41,443 nucleotides of DNA from Candidatus Methanomethylicia archaeon (lineage in GTDB: Archaea > Thermoproteota > Methanomethylicia > CALHIW01), in the NCBI GenBank assembly GCA_038845975.1, contig JAWBQF010000023.1, positions 1-41,443 of the forward strand, read 5' to 3'. Each line of letters starts with the position of its first letter. Positions within the stretch are counted from its first letter, which is position 1. The position numbers were made by a program, and so were the translations under genes. A model generated the notes under the pieces. The model was not told where the DNA came from. It did not search any database and was given only the letters and a program-made list of their open reading frames with translations. Positions 41,229 through 41,443 of this stretch are shown piece by piece.

Positions 41229-41342
41229 CATTTTACTATTACATAGCAGAGTTAACGAAAACTTAGTTTAAAACAGCTCTGTGAACCTTAGATATGAGAA
41301 GTACACGTAATTGATTGCTTGAGTTGCTACGTCTCTTAGTAA

Positions 41343-41443
41343 GGCTTTGTTAACTTAAGCATGTTGATTATTCTATTTTGTTTTGTGTTTCTATGAATTC
41401 TTAGCTTTATCTTCTTATTAATCCATGTCTTGTTTAATAAGTA
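41343..41443 (-). mobile_element. IS6-family element family A copy 4 (runs off the window)
   Basis: GGCTTTGTTAACTTAAGCATG..GTGTTTCTATGAATTCTTAGCTTT matches the start of 19775. Confidence 0.8.

Overview
AT-rich archaeal chromosome segment; gene content and order point to a TACK/Thermoproteota-type archaeon, but I cannot place it more finely. Bases ~1-11,000 are an accessory, eroding zone. It holds membrane proteins, a frameshifted NAD-dependent epimerase, a PUA/EVE-like + PD-(D/E)xK-type nuclease, a CPBP protease, an archaeal ATPase with a perfect 34-bp palindrome at its start, and several pseudogene scraps. The rest is core genome: tyrS, a partial his operon (hisG-D-C-B), proS, rtcA, a YchF-type GTPase, Alba, a DUF59 protein, two surface proteins and the rps13-rps4-rps11-rpoD-rpl18e-rpl13-rps9-rpoN-enolase-like-rps2 operon. 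The intergenic spacers are unusually long. They contain two decayed IS6-family element families (4 and 2 copies), three ~90-110 bp MITE families (one nested in an IS relic, one interrupting an nrdJ fragment) and gene debris, including a 71-bp copy of hisD. Most notable: a box C/D guide sRNA whose guides fit a tRNA anticodon arm with a CUA (pyrrolysine-type) loop (speculative), an intact but catalytically gutted enolase, the ATPase double operator, and the candidate modification-dependent nuclease. No tRNA, rRNA or CRISPR array was seen.
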